From Bilabrum cf. latius (taxonomy: Eukaryota), in assembly GCA_965178125.1 (NCBI GenBank), contig OZ237742.1:124001-188000 (forward strand): a DNA stretch of 64,000 nucleotides. Direction: 5' to 3'. Under the pieces are notes generated by a model. That model worked only from the letters and a program-made list of their open reading frames with translations. It made no database searches and had not been told where the DNA came from. Made by a program: the position numbers and the translations under genes. This document shows, piece after piece, positions 1 through 13,122 of this stretch (positions within the stretch are counted from its first letter, which is position 1; every line of letters starts with the position of its first letter).

Positions 1-3000
1 GCGGTGTCCCCTTGCCGCAGATTTTCAAAGGGTGCCGCATAGAGGTGGACGGCCGAACGCAACCGCCATTCTCTGAGCTGTAGCTGTTAGTGGGCGAGCG
101 AGGCGGTCGTGTCGTTCTCTACGGGGGTGGGAAAACAGATCTTACCCACTTGATTTGCGGCAGGCTCCCAGAGACGAAGCTTCGAGACTACGCCCGTAGC
201 CTGCGCAAGCTCCCGGTCGTGTCTGCAAGCTGGGTGGTGCAGTCGTGTAGAGAAGGCAGGTTGTTAGACCCGTGGGGTTTTGTCCTGCCTGCCTTGCGGC
301 GCGCAGCCCTGGGAGGCCCCCACTCGTCCTCGTCCTCGTCCGGGCCCGTCGGCAGCGGGGCACCCAGTCCCTTCCTGGCCAGCCTCTGGGGGAACAGCAG
401 CAATGTATCCAAGGGAGGACCCAGCCGTACCACTGCAGCACTGCGGCACGGGCAGACTATCGCTGTTCGTCCTGCCGCGCCCCAGCCCGACGGGCTTCCG
501 GAGGAGCGCCCGCAGTCGTTCACCGGCGGTGCCCCCCCTTCGCACTCGGGCAAGAGCAGCCGACAGGACCCTGACTTTGTCCGGAACTACTTCCGCAACT
601 CCAGGCTGCACTTCATAGGAGAGGCCAAGCAACACATGCAGCACCTCATCGTGCGCACGCTCAGGGCGCTGGGGGGGTAGGCAGGGCAGGGGATCGTGGC
701 CATGCGCACCGTGGGTCAGGGTCAGGGTCAGGGTCAGGGTCAGGGTCAGGGTCAGGGTCAGGGCCAGGGTCAGGGTCAGGGACGCGGGGGCAAGGGCGAG
801 GGCGGACCTGGCAAAGACGGGGGCGCGAGCGCCAGCGGCCAGGCATCTGCTGCATTGGGAGGCGCTGCGCATGGCAGCTCCACCGCTAGGTCCAGCACGA
901 AGCATAGCGGATCCTCGGCAGCGGCTGCCGACCGTAGCCGGTCCCGCAGGCGCGGCGAGCGGTGGATCGCGCACGTGGACATGGACTGTTTTTTTGCCTC
1001 TGTGGCTCTGCTGCGCCGCCCCGAGTTCAAGTCTAGGCCGGTGGCCGTGAGTCACGTGGTGGACGGCTCGGAGTATTCCACCACGCAGGCCAGCGGTGAG
1101 ATCTCTAGCTGCAACTACCTCGCGAGAGCAAACGGCGTGCGCGGAGGCATGTGGCTCAAAGAGGCGCGCCGGCTGTGCCCCGCGCTCGTGGTGCTGCCCT
1201 ACGATTTTGATCTCATCGCTAGGGTGGCAGCCCGGGTCGTGGCCCTGTTCTGCCGCACGGCTCGCGTGGTGGAAGCGGTCTCCGTTGACGAGGCCTACCT
1301 GGACCTGGGCTCTGACCCTGCCCCCGATGAGACGATCCGCAAACTGCGAGCTGCCATCGAGAGGCAGACGGGGTGCACTGCAAGCGCGGGGATCGCGCGC
1401 AATCGACTCCTGGCCAAGCTCGCCACCTCCAGAGGCAAGCCCAACGGCTAGTTCCTGCTGCCTGACGACGACTAGAATGTCCGCGCATTCCTACGGCCGT
1501 TGCCCGCCTCGATCGTCCCTGGCATCGGCTGGGCCACCGCCCGAGAGCTGGTCAAGCGAGGGGTCCACACCGTGGGCGACCTTCAGCGCATGGGAGCCAT
1601 GGGGCTGGCTGCCGCTATGGGGGGCGCGTCTGCAGCGGCTGGAGACCGGGCGGCAGCGTCTGCGGGAGGCAGTGGCGGCCGTCGCGCCGAGCAGCTGGTG
1701 CGTGCGGACGAACTGATCCGGCTGTCTCACGGCATCGATGACAGCACCGTGGAGCTGGTGCGGCCTCGGCAGAGCGTGAGCGCGCAGGTATTTTGGGGCG
1801 TCCGCTTCCTGCAGGACGAGGGCGAGCTAGCCGAGAAGGCCATGCGGGACATCGCCAGGGAGGTGGCGGGGAGGCTGCAGCGGTTCGGGCTGGAGGAGGC
1901 ATTCGCAGAGGGCGCGGTGGCGGAGGCAGATCTAGTGGGAATTCAACGCGGAGAGCGGGGTGCGGGAGCTCGTGCATCAGTCGACGAAAGTAGAAGTAAT
2001 ATGGGAAATACCGTAGATAGTAGTGGCAGGCATGGCACATCAGCGAGCGATGGGACCGGCGATCCGCGGGATGCAGTTGCTGTTTCCAGGAAGGGTGGCG
2101 GAGATGTGTCTGCATCGGCGACTGGCGCGCCTGCTGCTTCTTTGACAGGTATGTCTGGCAGCTTGGCGGCCTCATCCCAGAACAACTTCGAGCCGACCGA
2201 CAACACGGCTGCGCTTCTGCGCGCTGCGGTGGAGCTGCGGCCTGCCGATGACGCATCGCTGAGTGTGACCACCCTGCTGGATCCTTCCAAGCACAGCAAG
2301 GGCGAAGCACGGCCTGTGTAGGCCAGTGAAGACCCATTCGCCCACGTTCAGAACCCGGAAAGGTATTGTCTCGTGGGCAGGAGGGTCGGCGTGGTGGTCA
2401 AGCGGCGGCGCCCGAATGCGAAGCTGCCGTGGAAGAGTCTGGGGCACGGCGAATGCGAGGACTTTTCCAGAACCAAAGTGCTCCCGCAGCACACTGGAAG
2501 CGCGAGAAATATTGGGGAAGCGGCGGTGGAGCTATTACGGGGGCTGGGGTTCTCTCCCTTCGAGCTGCGGGGCCTGAGCGTGAAGGTGGAGGACTTGCGC
2601 CGACCGTGGAGGGAGAGGGAATGGGCCAAGGGGGGCGCACTGGCGAGACATTTCCAGAAAATGGAACGAATCAAGGGACAGGGCGGAGATCTTGGAAATG
2701 TAGGCGAACAAGGACCTGAGCCCGATTCAGAGGGAAGTAAGAGACGCAGTCCATGCATGGAGGTGGAACAGCACGGTGAGCCCACCAGCAGCCTTGCAGG
2801 CGGCGAGGGGCTCTAGCCTGGCAGAAGTGCGGTCGGTCGATGGGAGGGTGGCACGGTTGGGGGCAAGCGCGACCGCCGTAGCAATTTGGAAGATAGCAGC
2901 CCCATGGAGCTTGGGCAACGAGATTCCAAACGGAGGCGAAGAGATGTGGGCGGAAGGAGCGGCACTGCCAGTCCTAGCCCACCACTCCAAGATGGCACAG

Positions 3001-3892
3001 TGCCTCAGAAAGCTGTGTCTCCATCGCACGGAGCAGGCGCGCACCATGACCCCCTGCAGGAGTCCTCTGATGTGGTGGATCTGCTGGGCGATGATTCCGT
3101 GCTGCAGACACAGGACGTGGTCGATGGTGAGCCTCCAGCCGCACCCAAGGGTATAGGGTGTATTTTGCCTCCAAATTCACATGTGCGCGGTGACCAACCA
3201 GTCGAACAAGGTCGGAGACTTACAACTCGCCAGCGTGCATCGAATGCAGCTGGTGGGGGAATAGGCAGACCCAGCCGAAGAGGTATCTCGGGCCGGCACC
3301 GTACCGCCAATGTGACTGGCAGCGCCCCAAAAGGGCTGGGTGTGCAGTTCACGTTCAGTCAGTACGGTGCTGCGGCCATGGAGGCTGCAGCAGGCGTCCG
3401 CTCTGATGCACGCGGAAACGGCGATGCTGGCGCAGCAAGCAAGGGAGCTGATCATGATGCATCGCTCGGGTTGGGCAAGCTGGATCCAAGCATTGGTGTC
3501 GTGGATTTGGTCGATTGCTCGTAGCTGGCGAGCAGCCAAGACGCGACGGCGCGAGGAGATGCTAACCGTCCGGTTGCCCCAGCCCTGAAACCGGAGGACA
3601 TTGCAAATCGTCTGCGCGCCCAGCTGCAGGCCCGCCGCCGCGCCGCTCACGTAAAGTCAGGCTTCTCGCGGGCAGCCTTCCTGGGCAAGGAAGTCCTGGG
3701 TGTCGAGCCTGTGGAGGAGATTGGAAATGGGCAGGAGGGGGCTTCGGGGTATGGAGGCAGTGTGGGGGGTGGAATAGGAAGGGGGGCTCTGGAGAGCGGC
3801 ATGGCCGACCGGGGCAGGGGCATCGTTCGCGCACAGCACGGCCAGGTCGACCGACGGCCAGCTGCTGGGTCTGGACAGCAACTGAGGGGCCA

Positions 3893-3936
<44 letters not shown>

Positions 3937-4679
3937 CCGCTCATGGGTCCGGTAGCATGCCAACCTCCTCAAGCGGGACCTCAGGCTCGCTGCAACTGCC
4001 GGCGCCCCGCCGTTTCGGTGTCTCAGTGTCCCATGGCGTCGAGCTGCTGTCTTACATGCCAGGCATGGATCTGTCGTCGCATCTGCCTCCACTCACACCC
4101 ACCCGAGGCCAAGCATCGGTGTCCTCGGCCTCGCTCGGTGCCTCAGCTGGGATGGTCCAGTGGACCAGAGCACTAGTCTCCAGCCAAGGGCAAGGATCGT
4201 CTCAGGGGCATCGCGGGGAGGATGGGAATGCGGCTTATGACGGGTGCACTTCCACCGGTTGGCGCCTGCTCGTGCAGGACATCCACACCGCGTAGAGCTA
4301 GAGAGGGGAAGAGCCAGTTGCCGAAGGTTCTCATGAATGTGAAGCCAGCACGTTTGAATGGGATTTGGGAGGGGACTGGCGCCAGGTGCAGCGCAAGCTG
4401 CGCGCATGGAGGAGTGCTGCATGGGGCGACCATCGCTGGCCAGTGGGCCCCCCACCAGCTGATGCTAGCGCTGATCTCGTGTCCTTGGGGCTGGAGCTGG
4501 CTAGCTGCAGGCGAGACGCCGATGCGCGGGTCCTGTGCCGCATGCTGCTGCGTTGGGCGCAGGAAGTAGAGACTGTGAGTGCGACTACAACTGCGGGCGA
4601 GTGGGCTGTGCAATTTCGTCAAGCGGCAGAAGGCATCCAGAAGGAGGTGCAGCGCGTGCTGGGCCTGAGCCTAGTGTGA
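1..4679 (+). CDS. REV1: DNA repair protein REV1 (Y-family dCMP transferase), 5' partial; 9 in-frame TAG read as sense
   Basis: One frame (codons from base 3) to TGA 4677-4679. Contains BRCT (IFKGCRIEVDGRTQPP...THLIC...VVSASWVVQS), YFRNSRLHFIG, HVDMDCFFASV, EISSCNYLARANGV, EAVSVDEAYLD, TGCTASAGIARNRLLAKLAT and LGHGECEDFSRT. TAGs at 81, 678, 1449, 1473, 2319, 2814, 3522, 4293, 4299. Confidence 0.95.
714..781 (+). repeat. Coding hexamer microsatellite (GGTCAG)n encoding a Gly-Gln run in REV1
   Basis: About 11 tandem GGTCAG units visible, one of them the variant GGCCAG. Confidence 0.9.
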
Positions 4680-4691
4680 TGGATGACGCAC

Positions 4692-4832
4692 CCTGCTGAG
4701 CTCCACCCTACTGACCCATTTCCCCCTGGTGGGCGTTAGCATATACGTTGCCTCCGCCGCCCGCTGTCAGCACCCTGTCCTGCTGCCAGTTGTGGTCCAA
4801 CTCTGCCCTGCCGTTGGCGACCGCCGCCGTGC
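4692..4832 (-). mobile_element. Short diverged 3' remnant of the RLE-type non-LTR retrotransposon
   Basis: agctccaccctactgacccatttccccctggtgggcgttagcatatacgttgcctccgccgcccgctgtcagcaccctgtcctgctgcc aligns by eye with 15115-15203 and 46055-46143. Confidence 0.8.
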
Positions 4833-5105
4833 CAGTGGCAACTTGAAGGTTTCAAAGTTGTTCCGGTATGATTGCGCACGCGTGTAGAAAATCAAGATAC
4901 GTTCGTTCGTTCGTTCGTAGATCTAATTGCATTCAGTTGATCGCTTGCTAAAAATCCTAGGCGCTACAAGAACATTCCATGCATATGTAGTGGATACGCA
5001 GTCGACACTGCTGCACTGCTTGTCCGTGATATTGAGTACCTCTGAACTTAGCGCTGGGTAATTACGGAGGGAGCTCAAACGAACTTGCACCAAGTTGTAT
5101 TCGGT

Positions 5106-6743
5106 ATGAAGAGAGCATCGTTTGCTTCAGCCGCAATCATGCGTACCATAACACCGCATTCGTGCAAGTCTATGCCCTTCGGCAAGCAAGCACGCAAAGT
5201 TACCCTGGCTGCTATTGAAACATCTTGTGATGACAGCTGCGCTGCCGTTGTTCGTGGAAAAGCTTGGAGGCGACGAGACATCTTGAAAGCATCTGGCCCA
5301 CGTAGCCATCGACCTCTCGTTACGCTGCCGAGGCTCGAGACGCTGTGGTCCTACAGGGCATCGCAGCATCGGGAGCATGCTCCGTTCGGAGGAATCGTGC
5401 CAGCGGTCGCTGCAGAAATGCACGACAAGAACCTCCCAGTGGCAATATCAAAGCTAAAGGATTACATGGAATCCAATAGAATCGAGCTGGACGGCGTCGC
5501 GTACACCGCTGGGCCTGGCCTGGCCATGTCATTGCGCCGAGGGTACCAGGCCGCGCAGAGGCTCGCCAGCGAGCTCGACTGCCCGCTGCTGCCCGTGCAC
5601 CACCTCGAGGGCCACGTGCTTTCATGCGCACTGACTGCAGAGCAGAGCGATTCAGAGGCCGTGTAGCTGCCATTGGCATGCCTGGTCGCGAGCGGCGGGC
5701 ACACGAGCCTGGTGCTGTCCTCAGGCCCGGGGCAGTTCCAGGTGCTGGGGGAGACTCTGGACGACGCGCTGGGCGAGGCCTGGGACAAGGCCGCCAGGAT
5801 GTGCTATGCGCACGAGCATGCACAGCGGCTGTGGGAAGACAGAAACAAGGACAGGGACAAAGATGGGCACGGAGGCAGAGGCATGGGGGCCGTAGAGGTC
5901 TCCTCCGCCTCGGCTTCGAGGTCGACGAGGCCCGTCCACTACGGCGCCTGCCTCGAGTGGCTGGCCGGGGAGATGCAAGGGGACCCCGACGCCGTGTCTC
6001 TGCCTTTGCCCATGCGCAGCCCGCGGGTGCTGCAGCGGCAGGCGAGCACAGGTCGCTGGGACTTCAGCTTCGCAGGCCTCAAGACGGCGTTCGAACGGGC
6101 AGTCCTTGAGCGCGGCGGGGCTGAAGCGGCCCGCAGCGACGTGCGCCTGGCTGCCGACTTGGCTGCGTCGTTCCAGGCAGCTGCAGTGCGCCATGTGGTG
6201 ACCCAGCTGGATGGGGCTTTCGGCAGCATCGTCGCATAGTCAGAGCGGTGGGGTCGGCTGCAAGCGGCGGCTGCTGGAGGGAGGTCCCAGCCTCCCTCCC
6301 AAAGCAAGGCCGGGCACTTGACCGATTCAGATATGCAGGCGGGACCCGTGCAGCTTCCGGAACTGCTCGTGTGCGGCGGAGGTGCCGCTGCCAACACGGC
6401 GCTGCGTGCGGGCCTGGAGCAGGTTGCGACCAAGTTCGGCATGCGGGTGCTGTATCCGCCCCTGCAGCTGTGCACCGACAACGCCGAGATGATTGGGGCT
6501 GCAGCCGTCGCCCGCTTGGTGGACGGCGTGACACAAGCTGGGAAAGGTCGATCGATTGAGCGAGTTCCTCTCGAACACATAGATGAACGACTCGTGCTAG
6601 ATACAGCCAAGGACTAGCATGATGGTAGCTTGCTGTTTCTTGAGGGCGGAGCAGAGGCCGGGGCGGGGCCGTACACGCCACGATGGCCGCTCGGATAGCC
6701 TATGCCGGCCTACGGGCCCAGTGGCAAGTATCTGGTCGCGTGA
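5106..6743 (+). CDS. OSGEPL1: tRNA N6-threonylcarbamoyltransferase, TsaD/Qri7/OSGEPL1 type, probably mitochondrial; 4 in-frame TAG
   Basis: Motifs [72 protein letters not shown] and LCTDNAEMI. The family C-terminal PRWPL is reached only by reading through TAG 6615. Basic, Ser-rich N-terminal extension. TAGs at 5664, 6237, 6615, 6696; ends at TGA 6741. Confidence 0.93.
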
Positions 6744-7262
6744 TTGCATGCCAGTGGGAACCCAGCGGCAAGCGCAGTAGTAGAGCAGACGGTGCTGATT
6801 CAGCCTATCATGCCACCCGCTGGGCAGGTGCACCTTCGGGTCACCACCCACTGGTCGACTAGGATTCACAGTCCGCTGATTGACCAGACTCGGTTTCTTA
6901 AGACACAGAAGAAGCGGTAACTACTAGTGGAAGCGGAGGGCAGTGCTGCGGTATTGGGGCAGTCTAGTAGACTCTAGTGCCGGCGAGGACAACACAGGAA
7001 GGGGCATGAGCAGAGGCCGTGCAGGCTCCTTTCGACGTCGGGAGTGATGAAGGTAGAGTTGCATATTCAAGTCGATGCGATCTAGTGTCATTGCCTATGA
7101 AGATGATCCGATCCGATCCGATCCAGACTCGGAGCTGGAACAAGTGCATTGCCGCTAGGCCTATTTACAAAGAACTCCCCAACCCCACAGACTAGGAGTA
7201 CCAACCACTCGCATGGTCATGAATGGATGACCGTAATTGTTGGAGCGTGACTTGCTGCGAAC

Positions 7263-10200
7263 ATGCGGAGGGCCACTAAATCATGCATGCGTTACCTTCA
7301 TTGGTTTCGCTCTGGCGTTAGCGGAGTATATACGAAATGGAACGCGACTATGTATATGTGTGTGGTTGTTATACTAATATTTGTTGTGTGGACTGCGTGG
7401 GTGCAGCCAGGATACGAACGGGTTGATCGAAGTGCTCCCTCGCAGTTTCAGACCCTCTTGCGCCAGTGCTAGCTTGAGCTATCCAAAGGTGCAACCCTTC
7501 TAGCGGAGTTCAGAAACGAGATTATTAGTCCTACTTAGGAGTCGGGCTCCTTACGCGGCCGGCCTCAATTACCGCTGCTCGTGCATGTCTCATACGAAGC
7601 CCAGGGCGTTGCTTCCTTTGGGGGACTAGGAGCGGCTGTATCAAAAATGCTCGCTGGGCATGAGTCCGGAGCAGTGGTGCTGCTACCATATTTTGGGATG
7701 CTGAGAAACCATAGCTCTGCGGTGCAGCGCGAAAACCTCCGTCACTTATTTTCGCACAGAGTCGCCTGTGGGCTGCCCTCTGTACCGATCACAGAAATGT
7801 CGACCGACGCGGCAACAACACCACCGCTTGTTTCCACTTCGAACGTGATCAACGCATCGTTCGAATTTTGGGTCACCAGAGGTCCCGGCGATTCGCTGGC
7901 TGTGCTGGTGCAGCCGCCGTCTGAGCTAGACTATTTTGCGCAGGTGCGCAGCCGGCAGGACCTGTACCCAGTGCCAGGTCCAGAATCAGGTGCGGTGGCG
8001 CTCCGGGTGTTTGCGCAGGGGGCGGCGATTGCGCTGGCAGCCCTGTGTCCTGCCACCCCTGCGGCTGGAGGAGGTGTTGATGTTGATGTTGGCGGTGGTC
8101 CGTCGTGCCTGGGGGCGGTGTTTCACGGCGCGAACATGGGCCGGGCCTTGATTGCCGCGCGACAGCTGCCCGCAGATCCGAGGCAGGTGCTGTAGGTGTC
8201 ACCAGAGTTGCGCATGCTGTACTTCATCCACGACGGGCTCAGCGAGATCTCTCAGTTCCTCCTGGAGAGCGACCTCCAGGACAGGCTCGGAGCGGGGGCC
8301 GCACGCGCACTAGGCGCTGGTCCGGTGCCACCTGAGGAAGTGTGGTCCCCGCTGCGACTGGCAAAAGAATTACGGAGGGCGCCGCTGCCGGGTCTAGAGG
8401 CCATGGCAGTGGCCAGTACCCTGCACCACCGGACAGGGAACATCCTTGGCCTGACGGCCCTGGCTGCACTGCACGCAGACGCAGTGTCCCCCGTGTCCTC
8501 CTCTCTGGCCAGGGCCCTACTGCCTGGAGGGGAGGTCCTCAGCCTGGGCCACACATCGAGGGCTCTCCTCGCGATGCACAGGGCGGGCCGCCTGTGGGCG
8601 ATTGCACCGGCAGCTCCAGAGCCCGACCCTGCGCTTGGGCTGCCCTCGGTGGACCAGGGCAAGTTGGATCCAGAGGGGGCTGCCCAACGGCTGTGGGCTG
8701 CCAAGGCCAGGGCCAGGACAGAGCTGCTGGGTGAAGGCTTCAGCGGGGAGCTGGCACCTGCCGGCAGTGCGGAGGGTCGGCGGTTCGTGGTTCTGTTCGT
8801 GGGCCGCTTCGAGGCCAACAAGGGGGCTGCGATGGTGGTGCCAGTGGGGCGCGAGGTGTGCGAGCAGGGCGGGCACACGGTGGTGATGTCGACGGGCCCA
8901 CAGGACGAGGTAGGTCGGCGGGCGTGGGAAGATCTGCATGCGTGGCGGGAAGCATCGCCGTAGTGCGTGACGTTGGTGGGAGGTCGGGATCAGGTCCGGG
9001 GCCGTCTGGCGCGGGCTGCAGCTGACGTATGCGTGGTGCCATCGTGGCTGGAGGGATTCAGCACGGTTGCAGTGGAAGCTCTGCAGCATGGCTGCTTCCT
9101 TGTGGCCTCTGACACAGTTGGGCTGCGGGAGCACGTACAGCTGGGAAATGCTGGGGATGTAGTGAGTTGGCCCGCGAGCATGAGTGTGGATGCTCAAGCA
9201 TAGGCAGAAAATGCAGCGTATGTCGCTGGGCCGCGCTCTGGTTCTCTTGATCATAGTGTCGTATCAAGTTCAGGGCAGACACACCATGCCAGCAGTCCAC
9301 TGCAGATGTGGGAGAGCGCTCCGCGGCAGGCGCATGGGCTCCCGCCAGGGTGTGTCGACAGCAGTGCGGCCTCGTTTCGGCTGGACGCCTCCTCTAGGCT
9401 GCCTGCCCATCGCGAGGCGGCCCTGTCCTCGGCGCGGACTCGCGCGGCAGCAATGGCAGCTATGCTAGGCGGGGTGGAAAACTTGAGGCGATGTGGTGTG
9501 AGGGGTGCTAGCCGTGCGGCGGTCCGCTCGCTAGGTCGACTGCCGACCCCTCGCTCCGTTGCTCGGCGCATCGCTGACGCTCTCCATGGCAGATGGGCTC
9601 AGGACTAGGCCCCGGTGCGAGACGGTCGACTCGCGCGCATGCGACTGCTCGGCCACGTATTCGCGCCATTCTTGGCAGCCAGGCGTGTGGCACAGCTGCA
9701 CGTTAGCCTTGCGGCGCCCCATGTTCCAGATGCACCGCGGCAAGGCTTGCTGATTGGTAGGCTGCGGCAGGATCCAGGGGTGTTGCAGACACGGGGGGAT
9801 CGCGGCTTTGAGGTGATTCCACGCACTCGATCGCAAGAAGAAGCTGCTGTCGCGGCAGTTCGCTGGATCGGGATTCGCTCCCACATGCCTGCACGGCAAC
9901 CCAGCTCGACGATGCCATTCTACGGAGCCACGGTGGGGGTTCGGCTGCAAATCAGTGCCTGCAAGTACCTGGAGGCGAGAGGCCTTGAGGAGGGGGCGGG
10001 CCAGCACGTCCGTATCATGGCAGAACTCAGTGCCTTCGGGCACGGTGCCCTGCAAGGCCACGGCATCGAGCTACACCATGGTCCCGACCAGTGCTGCGGT
10101 CATCTATACGTCCTACTGGACCTGTCGCTTGCAATTCCGGACATGATTGAGTTAGTCCTGATCGTGCAGGCGCTGGACAATACAAGCTAGCAAGGTAGCA

Positions 10201-10325
10201 GTTCTGACCCTACCACAGACTTGGGGCCTGCAGCGACGGGTGGAATACGTGCGCCTTCAATCAACAGTGTTGGTATCTCTGTCAATGACATGGAGCTGTT
10301 GGCTGGCTTGATCAGTTCTCCATGA
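7263..10325 (+). CDS. Type II membrane GT-B glycosyltransferase, GT5 (glycogen/starch synthase)-like, copy A; 7 in-frame TAG
   Basis: N-terminal hydrophobic anchor (MCVVVILIFVVWTAWV), then HVSYEAQGVASFGGLG, LYFIHD, HADAVSPVS, LFVGRFEANKG and ADVCVVPSWLEGFSTVAVEALQHG. TAGs at 7470, 7536, 8193, 8961, 9201, 9606, 10188; ends at TGA 10323. Confidence 0.85.
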
Positions 10326-13122
10326 CGGCGTCCTCACAGCCTTTGGCGTTTTGGAGGCTAGCATACAGCGCCTGCAGGGCTATTCGTAAACTCGAAGGGG
10401 TGGGAGTGCATGTTCGTACCGAGTATGGGTACCGTTGCGGGTGACCTTTGCATGAGTGACGCACGATAGAAAGCATCCATTCAATAAGTTATGGACGGAG
10501 TGCAGGGCCCGACGGGCTGCATTTTTCGGACCTAGACCGGATCAACTTCCACCTGTACTTAGTACCGAACTAGGCCAGAAATACAGGTTAGGATACGTCC
10601 GAGGATCGATAACATCGGATCCGGATCAGATCCGGATTCTGTTCTGGATGCAGCGATCACTGGTTATAATAGAGAAATGTCTCGCTCAGCAAATTAAGCA
10701 CCGTCCGTCCACCTCATGCGTCCGTACGTGAGTCACTTTGGTGCGGTTTGGGGTAGGTCACGCTGGACGGCACTTCCCGGGTAGTCACAACTGCGTCTGA
10801 AATGACGAGAGTTGCCCCTTTTGTGCCCGTGAGCACGTCCACTCCGACCACGGCCCGGTCGTCAGTGACCCCTACGTCGAGCCGTGCCGCTATAGTCAGG
10901 TTGCCGCCGTAGCGTCGGCCCAGCAGACCTACCTCCTACCGCAGGACTGTCCCACCTCGAATGCTGACCCACAGCCGCAAATTTGCGCGAGACGTGGCAC
11001 TATCAAGCAGCCTCACGTCAATACGGGCCTCAACGAAACCCGTCGCATTGCCCAGGCAGACCAACTGCGCCACGCCGGGCCCAGACCGAATAGAATCGTC
11101 CTCTGAGAACTAGTCTACCACCACCGAGTGTCTTACAGAGCGGACTATCCCTCGTTCCAAATTCAGCGACTCGGCTGGACCAAGCTAGATCACCATGGCC
11201 GCCATGCCTGCTGGAGCCCCTTGCTCTTTGGGAGCTGTGGCCTGCCTACCAATGAACGCCGCCGTCACCTCTGGCGCACTGCTGGCCACCAACCTCATGT
11301 TTGTGGAACCGCACAGTGCCCGTCTGTCATTCAGCCGCCACAAGACCGGCACACGCCGTCCATCGAAGCCCAGGCGCTGGACCGCCGCAGAAGCAGTCCC
11401 AGCGAGAAAAAAGTCCGAGATGGCCTGCCGCAGCTTGTCCGGTCCTCTGCGACCGGGGGCTTCCTCCCGAGCATGTCGCCCATTCAATGCGTCACAAACC
11501 CTCCCGGCTGTACTCTGTGCTGTCGGCATCATCGTGGCGGCACGAATCGCATGCCGTGCCGCCACAGAGGGTCCGCACCTCCGCAGGTCTTGCACGCCTC
11601 GAAGGATGGACACGGCAGCCGACCGCGCCGTGCTGAAGGCCGCCATGGCGGCATGCATCTCCCCGGGCAAGCGACTACCCCGTCCATTCGCGATGGGAAA
11701 TGACCTAGCAAAGTGGAAAGGGCACTCGGTCGCATTCTGCGGCGGCCATACCACAGATGTGCCTAAACCACCCTGCTCTTCAGGCTGTAAGTTACTGAAC
11801 ATGTCTAGCTCTGGGTGGAGACGGAGCACTTTGCTCGGCACAATCCACCGCTTGCTTAAATTAGGGGCATCTACAGCCTGCGCGATGTCACCAACACCGG
11901 TTGTGTCGGAGGCCACAAGGAAGCAGCCGTGCTGCAGGGCCTCTGACGCGACCAACCCGTACCCTTCCAGCCACGATGGCACCAAGCATACGTCAGCTGC
12001 AGCCCGCGCCAGACGGCCCCGGACCTGATCCCGACCTCCCACCAACGTCACGCACTACGGCGATGCTTCCCGCCACGCATGCAGATCTTCCCACGCCCGC
12101 CGACCTACCTCGTCCTGTGGGCCCGTCGACATCACCACCGTGTGCCCGCCCTGCTCGCACACCTCGCGCCCCACTGGCACCACCATCGCAGCCCCCTTGT
12201 TGGCCTCGAAGCGGCCCACGAACAGAACCACGAACCGCCGACCCTCCGCACTGCCGGCAGGTGCCAGCTCCCCGCTGAAGCCCTCGCCCAGCAGCTCTGT
12301 CCTGGCCCTGGCCTTGGCAGCCCACAGCCGTTGGGCAGCCCCCTCTGGATCCAACTTGCCCTGGTCCACCGAGGGCAGCCCAAGCGCAGGGTCAGGCGCA
12401 GACGTGACGGGTGGAATGGCCCACAGGCGGCCCGCCCTGTGCATCGCGAGGAGAGCTCTGGAGGCAGACCCTGGGGCAAGCACCTCCCCTCCAGGCAGCA
12501 ACACCTTGCCCAGGGATGGCGACACCGCTGCGATTGCATCTGCATGCAGTGCAGCCAGGGCAGACATGGATAGTGCCACGGGGGAACCTACCATTTTTGC
12601 AGACAGGGCAAGGGCCTGCAGCCCGGGCAGAAGGTACCCCGCGGGAGACTCTGCAGTGTCCCGAGTATCAGGCGAGCGCGTGCTCTACCTTCCACCTTCC
12701 AGCGCAACGGCACCCCGCAGCTATTCGGCCCCGAGTCTTTCGATGACGTCAATTTCATTCAAGAACACGGAGATCTCGCTGAGCCCGTCGTGGATGAAGT
12801 ACAGCATGCGCAACTCTGGTGACACCTACAGCACCTGCCTCGGATCTGCGGGCAGCTGTCGCGCGGCAATCAAGGCCCGGCCCATGTTCGCGCCGTGAAA
12901 CACCGCCCCCAGGCACGACGGACCACCGCCAACATCAACACCAACACCTCCTCCAGCCGCAGGGGTGGCAGGACACAGGGCTGCCAGCGCAATCGCCGCC
13001 CCCTGCGCAAACACCCGGAGCGCCACCGCACCTGATTCTGGACCTGGCACTGGGTACAGGTCTTGCCGGCTGCGCACCTGCGCAAAATAGTCTAGCTCAG
13101 ACGGCGGCTGCACCAGCACAGC
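7899..13122. repeat. Large inverted repeat formed by the two GT paralogs
   Basis: Near-identical reverse-complement blocks at ~7899-8250 / ~12771-13122 and ~8625-9056 / ~11962-12393; symmetry centre near 10510. Confidence 0.9.
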
